In this document: piece by piece, positions 12,919 to 27,000 of the stretch
Position numbering within the stretch: position 1 is the stretch's first letter
Layout: every line of letters starts with the position of its first letter
Source: Octopus vulgaris
Taxonomy: Eukaryota
Direction: 5' to 3'
Assembly: GCA_951406725.2 (NCBI GenBank)
Contig: OX597816.1
Span: 6,262,001 to 6,326,000, forward strand
Length of the DNA stretch: 64,000 bases
Translations under genes and position numbers: made by a program
Notes under the pieces: generated by a model
What the model was told of the DNA's origin: nothing
Database searches by the model: none
Seen by the model: only the letters and a program-made list of their open reading frames with translations

Positions 12919-13433
12919 GGCTAGAGATTGTCACACAATCGTCACTGTAGGGGGCCAAACTGTAGGGGGCCAAACTGTAGGGTGTGTACAAACTGTAGGG
13001 TGTGTACTCTAGCGATATCAGATATCTCAGCTCTGTCGTAATGAATAGTTCGAACCACCATTTGTATCCATTACAAATAATCAGAAATGACCGATCATTA
13101 TATCAAGTTCGGTGATTCTATTATATTCTCTCCTGAGCCAAGGATTTTCTGAAGCATTTCGATAGAGAAAGAATATATCAGATTGGTTAATTTACAAGTG
13201 AAATTCTTATTGATTCTGGGGAAGCAGGTGATGGCAGCGAGGTTGCGTCCACTTATATCAAACCCGGAGGCCATTCAAATATCAGAGTTGATAGAATCCT
13301 GAATACGTACAGTAATAATGCCTGTCTCATTCAACGAGGAATTGAATGACTTGAACTTAAAGTTGGAAACAAAAGCAAGACTTGTCGTCCTGAAACATAG
13401 ACATAGCGGTCGCTTGGTTAGACGGTCCGTGTG

Positions 13434-13665
13434 AGGCGGCGAGCTGGCAGAAACGTTAGCACGCCGGGCGAAATGCGTAGCCGTATTTCGTCTGCCGTTA
13501 CGTTCTGAGTTCAAATTCCGCCGAGGTCGACTTTGCCTTTCATCCTTTCGGGCTCGATAAAATAAGTACCAGTTACGCACTGGGGTCGATGTAATCGACT
13601 TGATCCGTTTGTCTGTCCTTGTTTGTCCCGTCTGTGTTTAGCCCCTTGCGGGTAGTAAAGAAATA
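13434..13665 (+). mobile_element. SINE family A, young copy
   Basis: 15-bp TSD ggttagacggtccgt at 13416-13430 and 13666-13680. Confidence 0.93.
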
Positions 13666-13802
13666 GGTTAGACGGTCCGTATTTAAGGGGTGTCTATTAG
13701 TTGAATATTTTCGCGAATGTTGTGTGTGTGTGTATGCATACAATATAGACTCAAACACACACCTACGCACACACACCAGCGCATGCACACACACACACAC
13801 AC

Positions 13803-13866
<64 letters not shown>

Positions 13867-14689
13867 GCACACACTTTTGCATTGCTTGCTAAAGCAATGT
13901 TTTTATTCATGAGAATGGATTTTTACATCGATTTTACACATGTGTGTATGCACGTGTGTGTTCGAATTTAGCTGTGTACGTTTATGCGTCGACATGCATG
14001 CAATTGTGTTAAAATAAAGATATCAATATATTTTTGCAATTTACGCAAAAATATGATCTACGGAATATATCCATTTCGTTATTTATATATTCATATAATA
14101 CATATATGCATGATTCTCAAGCAGGAGTCCAATAGCAAGGAAATGCTAAGAGAGTTCTAGCAACAACGTCGAGAACATACGGATATCTTCCACCATCACC
14201 TTACACACACACACACCACCCTCTACTTCACCCGAACCACATCTCACACCCACACCACTACCACCACCATCACACCCTTTAACAAATTTATTACTCTGTT
14301 TAATCCATCTCTTCATAGTGAAAGGTTGACCTCAGCTGAATAATAAGAAGGAAATGAAAATATAAAATATTTTGAATGAATAAAGCTTGTCATAAAATTA
14401 TTTCCACGGCTGAGAGAAGAAATAAATATCTCTGCTCTACTATTAAAGAATTTCGAAGAATATAAAATATTAGAAAAGAGAAATGTTAAAACAAAAGGAA
14501 AATGAAGTAAGACTAAATCTGTCTTGGAGAGAAGAAATGGTACAGCGTAACAAAATCTCGACATGACAACTCCATCGATGTATTTCATGCAATTTTATCT
14601 GTGACTGTAATAAAATAAGACAATATAATAGTAGGAACGGTAAGGGGTGGGAGCACGAATTATATTGGTATGAATGTATGTATGTAATG

Positions 14690-15064
14690 AGTGTGTATAT
14701 AAACACACATAGCACACACACACATATATATATATATATACATACACATGTGTATGTGTGTGTGTGTGTGTATTATGCGTGTATGTGTGCCTGGGTGTCG
14801 TCTGTAAGTGTTTCGATGAATGCTTCAATATAAATGGACATCAATGTTCTTGTGGTACCATTAAATTCTAAGTGTGTTTATAAAGCGGTATATATACATA
14901 TATATATATATATATGGGTGTTTGTATGTGCGTATGCACATATATATGCGAGTGTTTGTATGTGTGTGACACATGCACACCCATATATATACGCATACAT
15001 ATATATGTATATATATACACATAATATATACATACATTATATAATATACACATATGTTTCTTTC

Positions 15065-15111
<47 letters not shown>

Positions 15112-15228
15112 CATTTATATATATATATATGTATGTGTGTACATATATACACACACATATATACGCATGCATATAAATGGATGTATATAAACATAATATG
15201 TACATACACATACATTTCTTTCACTATA

Positions 15229-15280
<52 letters not shown>

Positions 15281-15437
15281 TATATGTCTGTGTGTGTCAA
15301 TGTGTGTATATGTATAAGCATGATTGTATGTCCAGGTATGTACATATATGTGTGTGCGTGCACAATTCACAAAAAGATTGACTGAAAGTAAGTGGGAGAG
15401 AGAGAGAGTAAAAGGCAAAACAGAATGATGATTCGTC

Positions 15438-15485
<48 letters not shown>

Positions 15486-15492
15486 CAACAAC

Positions 15493-15523
<31 letters not shown>

Positions 15524-15551
15524 GTAATAATAGTAATAATAATAATAATAG
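14690..15551. repeat. Compound TA/CA/TG and (AAT)n microsatellite field
   Basis: Direct reading. Confidence 0.9.
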
Positions 15552-15892
15552 GTATAGCAGCACATTAATAGTCTAGAAACCTTGATTAAAATATTGAGAA
15601 ATAATTGTCTATTTTTTTTCTTTCTTTTCCTTCTTTCTCTTTATTTGCCATTAATAATTATTCATTGTAATTACCTCGAGTGCGCGGCGAGATGGTGGAA
15701 TAATAGGATGGTAATAAAGATTGGTTGTAATTAGCTGTTAGCACTACAACAGATGCCAGCAGACTTTACATCTATTCACAAAACATACAGACACTTGTCA
15801 ATTCAAATCATGATATTCCGTCTCCCACTCTTGTACTTTTTGTTTCCCGTCTATTTTTATTTCGTTTTTGTTCGTTTCGTTTATTATTATTA

Positions 15893-16263
15893 CTAGCAGT
15901 ATCGCCCGGCGTTGCTCAGGTTTGTAAGGGAAATAACTATAAAGCATTTTTAGAGAGTTATAGCAAAAAAATGGAAAAAAATGATGGTAAATTTTTTTTT
16001 TAGTTAAAAAAGGTGGAGTTGCGTCCCCTAGACAGTTTGCGGTTTGTGTTTCTAATTCTCGACCCCATGTCGAATTTATCGATCTTTTTCAGAACTGGGG
16101 GAACTTTTCAAAATTTTCGCTGCGTTAGTTTTGAATTATGACATTGGGCTATGTGTGTGTCAAGTTTCATCAGAATCGGTTGAAAGCCGTGGTCAGGGTG
16201 AGGGTACAACCTGACAGACACACAGAAACACGCACAGACAAACTGCCGTTTATATAGAGAGAG

Positions 16264-16264
<1 letters not shown>
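15893..16264 (-). mobile_element. Non-autonomous Helitron, copy 1
   Basis: Minus strand starts TC, ends CTAG, subterminal hairpin-like cctgagcaacgccggg, inserted between A and T; homologous to 21089-21473. Confidence 0.8.
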
Positions 16265-16305
<41 letters not shown>

Positions 16306-16479
16306 TGTATTTTCGGGGTCTGGTTCTGTAATTCTTTCAAGATTAATGGCTGCAACTAAGATGTTGGAGTAAACCTCTTGGTTTATGTCACCTCACTTCA
16401 TTTCTTGCCATTGTTCAATTACATTCCTTCATTGGAAAAAGAATAGAAAACTTTTTTCCCGTCCATTTTGAAGAATTTT

Positions 16480-17959
16480 ACCGGCATTTCGTCCGTCCGT
16501 CCTGAGTTCAAATTCGGCCCGGGCCGACCTTGCCTGTCATCTTTCGGGGCCGACAAAATAATTACTATTTAAACACTGAGATCGATATAATCGATTTCTC
16601 CCCCTCCCCGAATTTGCCGGCCTTGTGCCAAAATCTAAGACCAACGGTGGTAAGCATGCCGGACAACATGCTCAGCGGAATGTCTTGAAGCTCTTAACGT
16701 TTTGTGTTCAAATTCCATCGAGATCGACTTTGGCGTTCCTCTCTTCGGGGTCGATGAAATAAGTACCAGTTTCACACTGAGATCGATTACGTCAACTATT
16801 CCTACCCCTCAATATTTCAGACTTTGTGCCGATAGCAGAAAGGATTATTAAAGGCGGCGAAACTGGCTGAATGGTTAGCGCCCCCAAGCAAAATGTTTAG
16901 AGCCATTTCGCCCGTCTCCGCCTTTTGAGTTCGAATACCGTCGAAGTCGGCTTTACTTTTCATCCTCTCGGGGTCGATGCCATTGATTTAACCCCTCCCT
17001 CAAATCTGCTGACCTTGTGCCAAAATTTGAAACCATCATTATTATTATTATTTAGGTTAAGGCGGAGAGCTGGCAGAATCGGTAGCACGCCGGACAAAAT
17101 ACTTAACATGTATGCGTCCGTCTTCACGTTCTCAGTTCGAATTCCTCTGAGGTCGTCCTTGGATTTCATCCTTTCGGGGTTGCTAAAATAAATCCCTTTT
17201 AAACACTGTGGTCGAAATGCTTAATGGTATTTCTTCCCATTCATAAAGGCGGCGAGCTGGCAGAAACGTTAGCACGCCGGGCGAAATGCTTAGCGGTATT
17301 TCGTCTGCTGCAACGTTCTGAGTTCAAATTTCGCCGAGGTCGACTTTGCCTTTCATCCTTTCGGGGTCGATAAATTAAGTACCAGTTACGCACTGGGGTC
17401 GATGTAATCGACTTAATACCTATGTCTGTCCTTGTTTGTCCCCTCTGTGTTTAGCCCCTTGTGGGTAATAAAGAAATAGGTATTTCTTCCCATTCATTAT
17501 GTCCTTGGTTCAAATACCTCGACTTTGCCTTTTACCGAAATGGATCGATAAAAATAAGTCCCTGTTGAACACTTGGGTCGATGTAATCTACTTAACCCTC
17601 TCCGGAAAATTGCTGGCCTTGTGCCAAAATTTGAAATCATTTTAATTTCGATTCAGAAGACGACGAACTGGCAGAAATGCTTGACAGCATTCCTTCCGAC
17701 TGGTTATGTTCCTGGTTCAAATACCGCCGAGGTCGACTTTGCCTCCCATGCTTTCGTGTCCGTAAAATGAGACCTTGTTGAACCTTGAAGTCGATTGTTA
17801 TTGACTTCCTGCTCCCTCTCAAACTGACGACCTCCTCCAACCAAAATTTGAGATCATTGTTATTTAGATTTAAGGCGACGAGCTGGCAGAACCGTTAACA
17901 TGCCGAGCAAAATGCTTAGTGGTATATCGTCTGCCGTTATGTTCTGAGTTCAATTCCGA

Positions 17960-17960
<1 letters not shown>
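16480..17960 (+). mobile_element. Cluster of ~7 co-oriented SINE family A copies of differing age
   Basis: Repeated gagttcaaattcc / ggtcgac / ctttcggggtcgat motifs; intact copy 17245-17478 with 19-bp TSD ggtatttcttcccattcat (17226-17244 / 17479-17497). Confidence 0.85.
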
Positions 17961-18005
<45 letters not shown>

Positions 18006-18008
<3 letters not shown>

Positions 18009-18690
18009 TAGTTTTATTTTTATAGCGTGCTTTCACTTCACTACCGAGCGCAGCTCTGTGTGCCTTGGGTATGTGCTGTGATTTGTTGTGATGCTCTGAT
18101 GGTTATTGTATGGAAAGTGTTCTGCGTAGGATGTGTGCAGTGCCTAGTAGTGCAATTTTCTGTATGTTATATGTGTTTGTAAGTCCTGGTGTTTTTGTTA
18201 TGTATTTGTCTGAATATTTTTTTATCATGCCTAATGCACCTACTATGATAGGAATTGTTTCTGTTTTCAGGTTCCACATTCTAGTTATCTTTATTTCCAG
18301 GTCTTTGTATTTTGAGAGTTTCTCCATTTCTTTTAGAGACACGTTGTCATCTGCCGGTATTGATACATCAATTAGAAAGCATCTTTTTTCTTCATGATCT
18401 CTGACAACTATATCTGGTCTGTTGGCCTTAATTTCTTTATCTGTGTGTATCGGCATATCCCAGAGTATGGTTGCTTTCTCGTTTTCTGTGACCTTTTCTG
18501 GTGTGTGCCTATACCATCTTTTTTCTGTTGTTATTCCATAATGTTGGCATAGCTTCCAATGTATGTAGGTTCCAACTCTGTCATGTCTGTGAATATATTC
18601 CTTCTTAGCCAGGACTGGGCAGCTAGAGATAATATGATTTATTGTTTCTTGTCCATCTCCACATATTCTGCAGTTACTTGTAATATTTTT
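18006..18690 (-). mobile_element. 5'-truncated R4/Dong-clade non-LTR retrotransposon (CCHC knuckle + restriction-like endonuclease)
   Basis: ORF 18103-18708: CRICGDGQETINHIISSC...RHD...RPDIVV...LIDVSIP...EKLSKYKDL; 3' end runs into (AAT)n and (TTA)n lies on both sides, matching Dong TAA targeting. Confidence 0.88.
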
Positions 18691-18714
18691 ACACACACAC
18701 ACACGCACACACGC

Positions 18715-18760
<46 letters not shown>

Positions 18761-18767
18761 CATCATC

Positions 18768-18943
18768 AAGGTGGTGAATTGGCAGACTCGTTATGACGCC
18801 GGGCGAAATGCTTAGCGGTATTTTGACTTATTCGATCGGTTGCTCTTGCCGAACCGCTAGTTTATGGAGACATAAACATACCAACAACGGTTGTAAATTG
18901 GTGGTAGGAGAAAAAACACAGACAAAAAGACACACACATATAC

Positions 18944-18945
<2 letters not shown>
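18768..18945. mobile_element. SINE A head fused to minus-strand SINE B fragment
   Basis: aaggtggtgaattggcagactcgtt...gcttagcggtatt followed by gccgaaccgctag...aaacataccaac. Confidence 0.65.
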
Positions 18946-18975
<30 letters not shown>

Positions 18976-19089
18976 CTGTGTGTGTGTGTATACATACATA
19001 TATATATACATATGTGTGTGTGCGCGTGTGTGCGTGTGTGTGTGTGTAAATGTGTGTATATTTATATATTATTCTCTCTCTGTTTATAA

Positions 19090-19185
19090 CCTCGTGTTCT
19101 CTTCTGTTGAAGAGCGTAGGATCGAAACGTAAAGGACTTTTCTATTTTTCCCGAGCGTCAAACTAATACCCTTGCCTGTTGCCTC
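19090..19185 (+). mobile_element. Short repeat with minimal HHR-like motif
   Basis: ctt-CTGTTGA-agagc-gtag-gatc-GAAACGTA-aagg (19101-19135), then cccgagcgt as in 41550-41682. Confidence 0.6.
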
Positions 19186-19377
19186 CAGTAAAAAGGATTC
19201 TTTGGTGTCGAAATTTTCGTCGCACCACGGTGTCAGTGTTTGTGCGTTTTTGAATTGTTAATATCTGTCATCTACATTACAATCATTTTAATTTCAACCC
19301 CCGGTCAGTCTCAGTTGTAATCACTTGCCGGACAATTGTCCCTCCGAAATCTATGATCAAATATATTACCGCATACC

Positions 19378-19623
19378 TTTTTACTTTCACTTGCTTCAGT
19401 CATTTGACTGCGGCCATACTGGGGCACCAGCTTGAAGAATTTTTAATCGAATGAATCAACCCCAGTACTATTTTGTAAACATTGTACTTATTCTATCGAT
19501 ATCTTTTGTCAAACCGTTAAGTTACGGGTATTTAACCACATCAACACTGGTTGTCAATCTGTCGTGGTAGACAAACACAGATACAAAGATATACACACAC
19601 ACATATACATATACATTTATATG

Positions 19624-19666
<43 letters not shown>

Positions 19667-19826
19667 ACGATTGGGCTTCTTTCAGTTTCCGTCTCCCAAA
19701 TCCATTTACAAAACCTTGGTTGGCCCGAAACTGTACTAGAAGGCACTTAACCAAGGTTCCACTCAGTAGAAATGAACCCGAAGCCATGTGGTTGGGAAGC
19801 AAGCTTCTTACCACACAGCCACGCCA
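19378..19826 (-). mobile_element. SINE family B, older copy
   Basis: Diverged homology across head, core and tail. Confidence 0.85.
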
Positions 19827-19833
19827 TATTATA

Positions 19834-20020
19834 TATTTCTTTATTGCCCACATGGGGCTAAACATAGAGGGGACAAACAAGGACAGACAAAGGAATTGAA
19901 TCGATTACATCGACCCCAGTGTGTAACTGGTATTTATTTAATCGACCCCGAAAGGATGAAAGGCAAAGTCGACCTCGGCGGAATTTTAACTCAGAACGTA
20001 ACGGCAGACGAAATACCGCT
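19834..20020 (-). mobile_element. SINE family A, 5'-truncated
   Basis: Homology to 13434-13665. Confidence 0.9.
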
Positions 20021-21088
20021 TACAACTATGAAGAAACGTTGGTTCCCTTCGCACAAACATGTAGGTTTTTATTGTTTTATCCTACAACTAATGCGGTGCT
20101 TTAGATGGAATCAATATCATTAATTAGTAACCCTTAAACTGCATTCCATCATAAAATTTGCAATATTTATATCATTTTACGTAACTGTTTTATACTGAAT
20201 GGCTGTCCATTATTTAATATTTTACTTGACCGAAAAAGTCTTAATATGGAGTGACTCTCAAAATGTCTCCTTTCATAAAGCGTTTCGTTAACAAGTCGCG
20301 GTTTATGTGATGTTGACATGTTCTAAGAAGAATGAAACTGAGTTATGCATGAGTATCAAGGAGAGCAAATTTTAAGAACTTCGCATTAAGTAAACACAGA
20401 TTTAATATGTGTATGCTGTGCATCTGTTTTATTTTTCCTAATAATTCCTTAATTTCAATTTCAATTTCAAATTTCTAGTCTTGCTCTGTATTACGATGAA
20501 ATTATTATTTCCTTGTAATCGTTGTCAGCGCCAGAGAAATCACGTGTGTGAAACTTTTTGTTGTGACATAAATTTGGTTTGACGCAACCAAATCCTCCTT
20601 GGTTCACATACTCGAGGTGCAATTGAACAAAACACCTGTTGACTATAGGTATATATTGTTTAACTTAGTCACGTATGACATCACGTGATATCAATTTACA
20701 GTTTTGTTAACTGGGTCAAATGAAAGTGATGCATTTTGACCGTTGATAGAGAGGGTCACTGAGGTCCCTAAACCGTTCGATATTCTCCCCATTAGACCCC
20801 TTGTCGTAGTCAAGTGTGACGTCATGTTATTTACTTTCAAATCTCTACAAATTTGTCATACTATATAAATACTACTTCAAGGATACTCAAGGCCATTCGT
20901 ATTAATTAAATCTCATTAAATATGAAGAATACCGATAAAAGATAACAAGTAAATGTATCGATTTTCCTTTTCCAATCAATTGCAGTTGAAGATTTCATGT
21001 AAACAATCTGTTTTTGAGTCTAATTTCATATTTTATTACTTGAGATTTTGAGATTCAAGAAGGAATCTGGCACTGACATCTTCTCAAA

Positions 21089-21473
21089 TCTCTCTCTATA
21101 TAAACGGCAGTTTGTCTGTGCGTGTTTCTGTGTGTCTGTTTGCTTGTACCCTCACCCTGACCACGGCTTTCAACCGATTCTGATGAAACTTGACACACAC
21201 ACAGCCCAATGTCATAATTCAAAACTAACGCAGCGAAAATTTTGAAAAGTTCCCCCAGTTCTGAAAAAAATCGATAAATTCGACATGGGGTCGAGAATGA
21301 GAAACCCAAACCGCAGACCGTCTAGGGGACGCAACTCCACCTGTTTTAACTCTCAAAAAAAATTTACCATCATTTTTTTTCCATTTTTTTGCTATTTTTT
21401 GGCTATAACTCTCTAAAAATGCTTTATAGTTATTTCCCTTACAAACCTGAGCAACGCCGGGCGATACTGCTAG
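21089..21473 (+). mobile_element. Non-autonomous Helitron, copy 2
   Basis: A|TCTCTCTCTATATAAACGGCAG...GCAACGCCGGGCGATACTGCTAG|T. Confidence 0.82.
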
Positions 21474-22885
21474 TATAGAAATAAATATTGATGATGCTTC
21501 TATTCACACATTTCATCGGTTCCTGCTCTTTATTCGCCATTTTGTTATGAAATCTTTTGTTCATTTTATTTTTGTATTATTCAACTTTTGGTTAGTCTTG
21601 TATTTATCAAAATCTTTCAGCCAAACTTTATAAAATTTATTATAAATTCTGTAAACGACATCGTATTGATTTCAGTTGTGAAAATGGAGATGAAATGCGG
21701 TTCTGAAAGCGATTTTCAACTCACACATCAAATATTAACACTTTGATAAATAAAAGTCCTTTAAATGATAATCACCGAAAAAATCCTGTAGCAGAATGTC
21801 TTCTGCTTAATATGATTTATTCTTTGCTCATGTCTTCATCTAACTGATAAGATTTTTAGATAAAATGAATTAATATCACTCGATCGCATGTAGCAGACAA
21901 CTTATTAGTGTCATTTGAGTACAACCAGCAGCTGTGGATATTAAAGAGTTCGCGCAGCGGCGGATTTCAAATTAGAATATTTATATTTGGATGTCTTGAA
22001 GATTATTTCTATTAAAGATATATTCAAAAGAGTTATCAAGTTGATTCTAGAGTTCAGTGTGTCCATATTGGAAACAAATCAAATTAAAAGGAATTGTCGG
22101 AATCATTTGGGAAATCGTTGAAAATATTTTGTTTCGATTGAATCAATAAGTTTGGACTAAGTCAGTTACTTAACCTTACAGTCACAAGTGTCTGTCATTG
22201 AATGATTCTTCATATTGAATTTGTAGGACGCCAAGATAGGTGTTGCGTTATTAATTCATTTCTCAAGTGTACGAACGTCATAAATAAAATAAACTTGACT
22301 CACCGCGAGTTTCGGATCTTGAGCGGGGACAAGAAGTGTCGGAAATTATTGCACTAAAGACATCGTCACTTCGTATGAATACGACGACTAAAGGTCATCA
22401 TATAATAAGGAGACATTTCTTAATAACAATATAGATTGATATCAAATTTACCATCGAAGAAAACATCACAAAATATATACAACTCGGTGAAATTAATGTA
22501 GATGGCGGCATAAAGGTTTAGACTAAAACTGAAGAATAGAACTGCCCGGAATTATCTTTGGTTTTGATATCAGAGAAGCGTAGAAAGTATCTGTAAGACA
22601 CATTGAGTCACTTAATAGACAATAGCCTTCCCTCGTAAAAACTAACCTTGAAATAATCAATAAAAATTCAAACCAATCTATTTTGTATAGCAAGCAAGGA
22701 AGAAGACGTGGGGGAAAATTAATGAAATATTTGTATGTGTGTATTGTTCTGGATAAGGCATGTACTCATGACTAATAGTACTCCCTGATAAGTTGCTCTC
22801 TTACGGCTGCGCCATTTAAGGCATTATGAACTCAAACCGTCTTATCTAGATACGTTGAAGTGCCAATAATAGGTTTGTAATGCTT

Positions 22886-23118
22886 ATTTCTTTATTGCCC
22901 ACAAGGGGCTAAACATAGAGGGGACAAACAAGAATAGACAAACGGATTAAGTCGATTACATCGACCCCAGGGCATAACTGGTACTTAATTTATCGACCCC
23001 GAAAGGATGAAAGGCAAAGTCGACCTCGGCGGAATTTGAACTCAGAACGTAGCGCAGACGAAATACTGCTAAGCATTTCGCCCGGCGTGCTAACGTTTCT
23101 GCCACCTCGGCACCCTAC
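22886..23118 (-). mobile_element. SINE family A
   Basis: Full length; TSD-like gttt(g/c)taatgcttatt on both sides. Confidence 0.9.
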
Positions 23119-23567
23119 GGTTTCTAATGCTTATTCTTCTAATCAACCATGTCGTACCTGTAGAGCAATGTAGACAAAGACACAATGCCTCTGCAAAGAA
23201 TACGAATACAGCAGACATTCCTACTTCGATATATGTGCAATCAATATTTCAATATGAAGGATTATGATACCTTATTAAGGTATTAATATGACCCAGCAGA
23301 GTGAAAGGAATTCGCCAGCAGGTTTTTATTCTATTTTCAGGGTAATCCACTCTCCTTGTATTGTTATTGCCATTAAAACACAATCTGTATTATTTTTCTA
23401 AATGTCAACGTGCCAGTCCTTTTGTAAAACTGTTGTTGACAACAGCAATAAATTACCATAATATTGAACAAGCAACCAACAAAAGATTCATAGGTTAGTT
23501 AACGAGTTTTGCGGAAAAAACACAAACCGAAATGATGACAACACTTTATAATATTTAGCCTCGATTT

Positions 23568-23790
23568 AAGGCAGTGAGCTGCCACAGTGGTTAATACCAC
23601 CAAGCAAAATGCTTAGCGGTATTCCGCCCAACTTTTCGTTCTGAGTTCAAACTCCGCCAAGGTTGATTTTGCCTTTCATCCTTTCAGTTTCGATAAAATA
23701 AGCACCAGCTGAGCATTGGGGTCGATGTATTCGATTACTCCGTCCCCCTAAATTGCTAGCCTTGTGGAAAAATTCCAAACCAATATTTAG
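23568..23790 (+). mobile_element. SINE family A, older subtype with alternative tail (ccctaaattgctagccttgtg)
   Basis: Head and core homology. Confidence 0.8.
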
Positions 23791-23882
23791 TCTCAGCCCT
23801 CCGCCATATGCAAATAAATTCCACAAGGATTGACCTGCCTTTTATTCAACGCAGAAATCCTAAAAATACCCTAAATACAAAT

Positions 23883-24223
23883 TGGTTGGCACTCCATCGA
23901 TTACGACAACGAGGATTCCAGTTGAGTCGATCAATGGAACAACCTGCTCGTGAAATTAACGTATAAGTGGCTGAGCACTCCATAGACACGTGTACTTTTA
24001 ACATAGTTCCCGGAGGAGATTCAGTGTGACACAGAGTGTGACAAGGGTGGCCCCTTTGAAATAAAAATACAACAGAAACATGAAGAAAGTTGTGGTGAAA
24101 GAGTACAGCAGGGTTCGCCACCACCCCCTGCCGGAGCCTCGCTCAATAAACACTTTCAACGCCCGGTCTGGGAATCGAAATCGCGAGTCCACTACCCTAA
24201 CCACTGGACCATTGCGCCTCCAC
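23883..24223 (-). mobile_element. SINE family D (head shared with 56270-56571, 3' body shared with 53749-54012)
   Basis: Minus head gtggaggcgcaatggtccagtggttaggg; body cttgtcacactctgtgtcacactgaatctc...gctcagccac. Confidence 0.75.
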
Positions 24224-24384
24224 CATAAATACTAATAATAATATAGTGATGGTGATGGTAGTGACTTTTAGTCCGAGAAAGACGTTTCTTCAATTTCTTG
24301 CTGAAGAAGCGATTTGTTTATAATGATTAAATATCTGTGAAGTAGATTAGCTTATTCTGTCCATCTAGTCTATGTTGTCTGACC

Positions 24385-24538
24385 ACGTGCATGGGGTACC
24401 ACACGTCAGATGTCTAAGGAGCAACGTGAGATGAAATATCTTGCTCAAGAGTGCAACGCAGCACTCGGTCCAGTAATTGAAAGCAAAGTCTCACAATTGT
24501 TAGTGCAACACCTTAACCACTTGGCCACTACACCCTCG
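24385..24538 (-). mobile_element. Old tRNA-derived SINE fragment with cttgagcaag core
   Basis: gtggccaagtggttaaggtgttgcac head; similar to 55805-55990. Confidence 0.6.
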
Positions 24539-26259
24539 CACTAATAATACACTAATGCCGGTTCCATCCACCACATTAAATTCTAGCATTCATTACTGGT
24601 GCTAATCGAAACAAATCGATATTTCGATGTTGCTGGTGGGCATTCATTAAATAATTCAGTATTTCTTGTTTTCGATTGAAATATAAACAATTCGACTTCC
24701 TCTTTATTCTTACTGGAATAAAGAAAACCTTTACCGAATAACCAGAAAAACTGATTACATCGACTAAAGTTTTTTAAAAAGAACATAACGGCAAATTGCA
24801 GGTTTTCAAGCGTCTCGATTCCTTGGCTCGGCCTTTGTATCTCTAGCATATTACTCGTTGCTTTACGAATGACGTGAATAATGTTGACTGAACACTGTAA
24901 GAAAACACCTCATATACGAGATCTATTTCTATAAGCTACTGTAGAACTCATAAACTATTTATCTTGGAGATATATTCACATGTGGACGTGTGTATGATTA
25001 ATATATCAGTACGATATCATGTAGCTACAAATTTGATATCAATACTTCTGCATTCGATCAATTATTATTGATTATATGAGATGGCATGTCACAGGTGATC
25101 AGTCATTACTCCATAAATATATAACGATAATACAACTTAGGTGCGCGTGTGTGTGTGTGTCTGTGTATGCATAAGCATTATACATAATGGATGGCTATTT
25201 TGGTATCTACACAGTTTTAAGAGCGAATGTCTGGAGTGCTTCAGAATAACAATTGTGCGTTTACAATTGTAAGTTTCCTGTGAATGAGTAAGAATTGTAT
25301 AGAATTAGCTGATATAATAAGAAATGCAAATGCCAGGATGTTATGGTTTTCATTCTTCAAATGGATTTGGTAAAGGTAAATAAATGTTCCCTCGTTATGA
25401 AGAAATTGGAATTACAAGTTGAAAACAGAACACGAGACCACGCTTCCGTCACGCTACGGTGATCGCCACGAAATGGTTTATCTAGATTTTCTAAATGTCC
25501 ACTTCCTAAGGCGTTTATTAAGCCAGAATAGAAGTGACAACTTTTTATCTCAAGCCCGTCTCCAGCAACACGACATAGCGTCAGTTTTTTTTTTTCGTGG
25601 TGATACATCAAGAGACTCCTTCTCTGAGTCTACAAATTTCTAATTTTGGCTTCCATGATTCAGCCAAGTTTTCGGAAAAGACTAATTCGTAAAACACCAA
25701 ACGAAGAAAGCAGAAACTATAAGTTGTGATGAAATTTAAATACGAGTCGATGTTTCAACACCTCTCGTAGCAGACAGAGCTTTCGTTTTAACTTTGGCGG
25801 AATTATTAGTGCTAAATTTCTTTCGAAGTCACAACAAACACTAATATCTTTATATGCATGAGACTTCTTTAAATTCATTATCGTGATTTAGCTGAAAACA
25901 AAATTTGGAGGTAATAGCATTTAAAGTCTCTCGTGTTTCGACAATTTCAACAACGGCAGTAAGTTTCACTTTATTAAGATTTCTAAATGTAACACGTTTG
26001 TGAAATACAGACGGTAATTTCAACACCCGTATATGGGAAGTGAAACTTATTGTTTCCAAACTCAAAGATGGCGGACATACAAGAAATACACAACACCATT
26101 CTAAATAGTTGTCAGTATTTATTTCAGTTCCTCAGCGTCCTCCAGTTCAAATTCTGTCTGAGGAGACGAATTTTTTCATCCATCCTCTGTTAATAAGATG
26201 AGTAGTTGACATATTTTCGGATGAATTTTATCAGTTAACCCCACCCCATATATAGATAT

Positions 26260-26366
<107 letters not shown>

Positions 26367-26459
26367 CTTACATGCATATATCTATAAGCGTGTATGTGAG
26401 TATGTACGGATGTATGTATAGCCATATAAACAGATAGATATATATATATATATATATAT

Positions 26460-26515
<56 letters not shown>

Positions 26516-27000
26516 CCCCAAACATTTATTTGTAAGGGAGGTAAGTAGTTCTGGATTATTTGTAAGGGGGGGTAAATAGTTCTGGATTTAGATATAGAAT
26601 TGTAATGTGAATGGTGTAGGGAGTGTATAGGGGTTAGTGGTTTTAATTGAAGGGTTCGTGGTGTTCTGTATTAAGTTGTGTGTTCATATTTAGTTGGGGG
26701 AGATATTTATTGATGAAAATTGCCTCTTTATTCAACCTTTGCTGCATTTTGGTGTTCTGTGAACATTGATTTAAGGCAAACCAGCTGAAATGCTAAACCA
26801 GACTTAAAAATACTCCCGTACATTTCCACACATAACCCTAGAAACAACGAAGCCTTCAGCAATCTTCCCATCCTCACAGCAGACAAAACAATGAACGAAA
26901 TTTTAAGCGCATACAAAATTATAAAAAGCAAAAAGCAACCGAAGTCACTGAAAAAGATATTAACCAGCGCAAGACTATATCCACTAACAACAGAGCGAAA

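Noticed and set aside
12944-13007. Short tandem actgtaggg repeats as a telomere-like or regulatory array
   Set aside because: Four units of 15-18 bp, consistent with ordinary slippage
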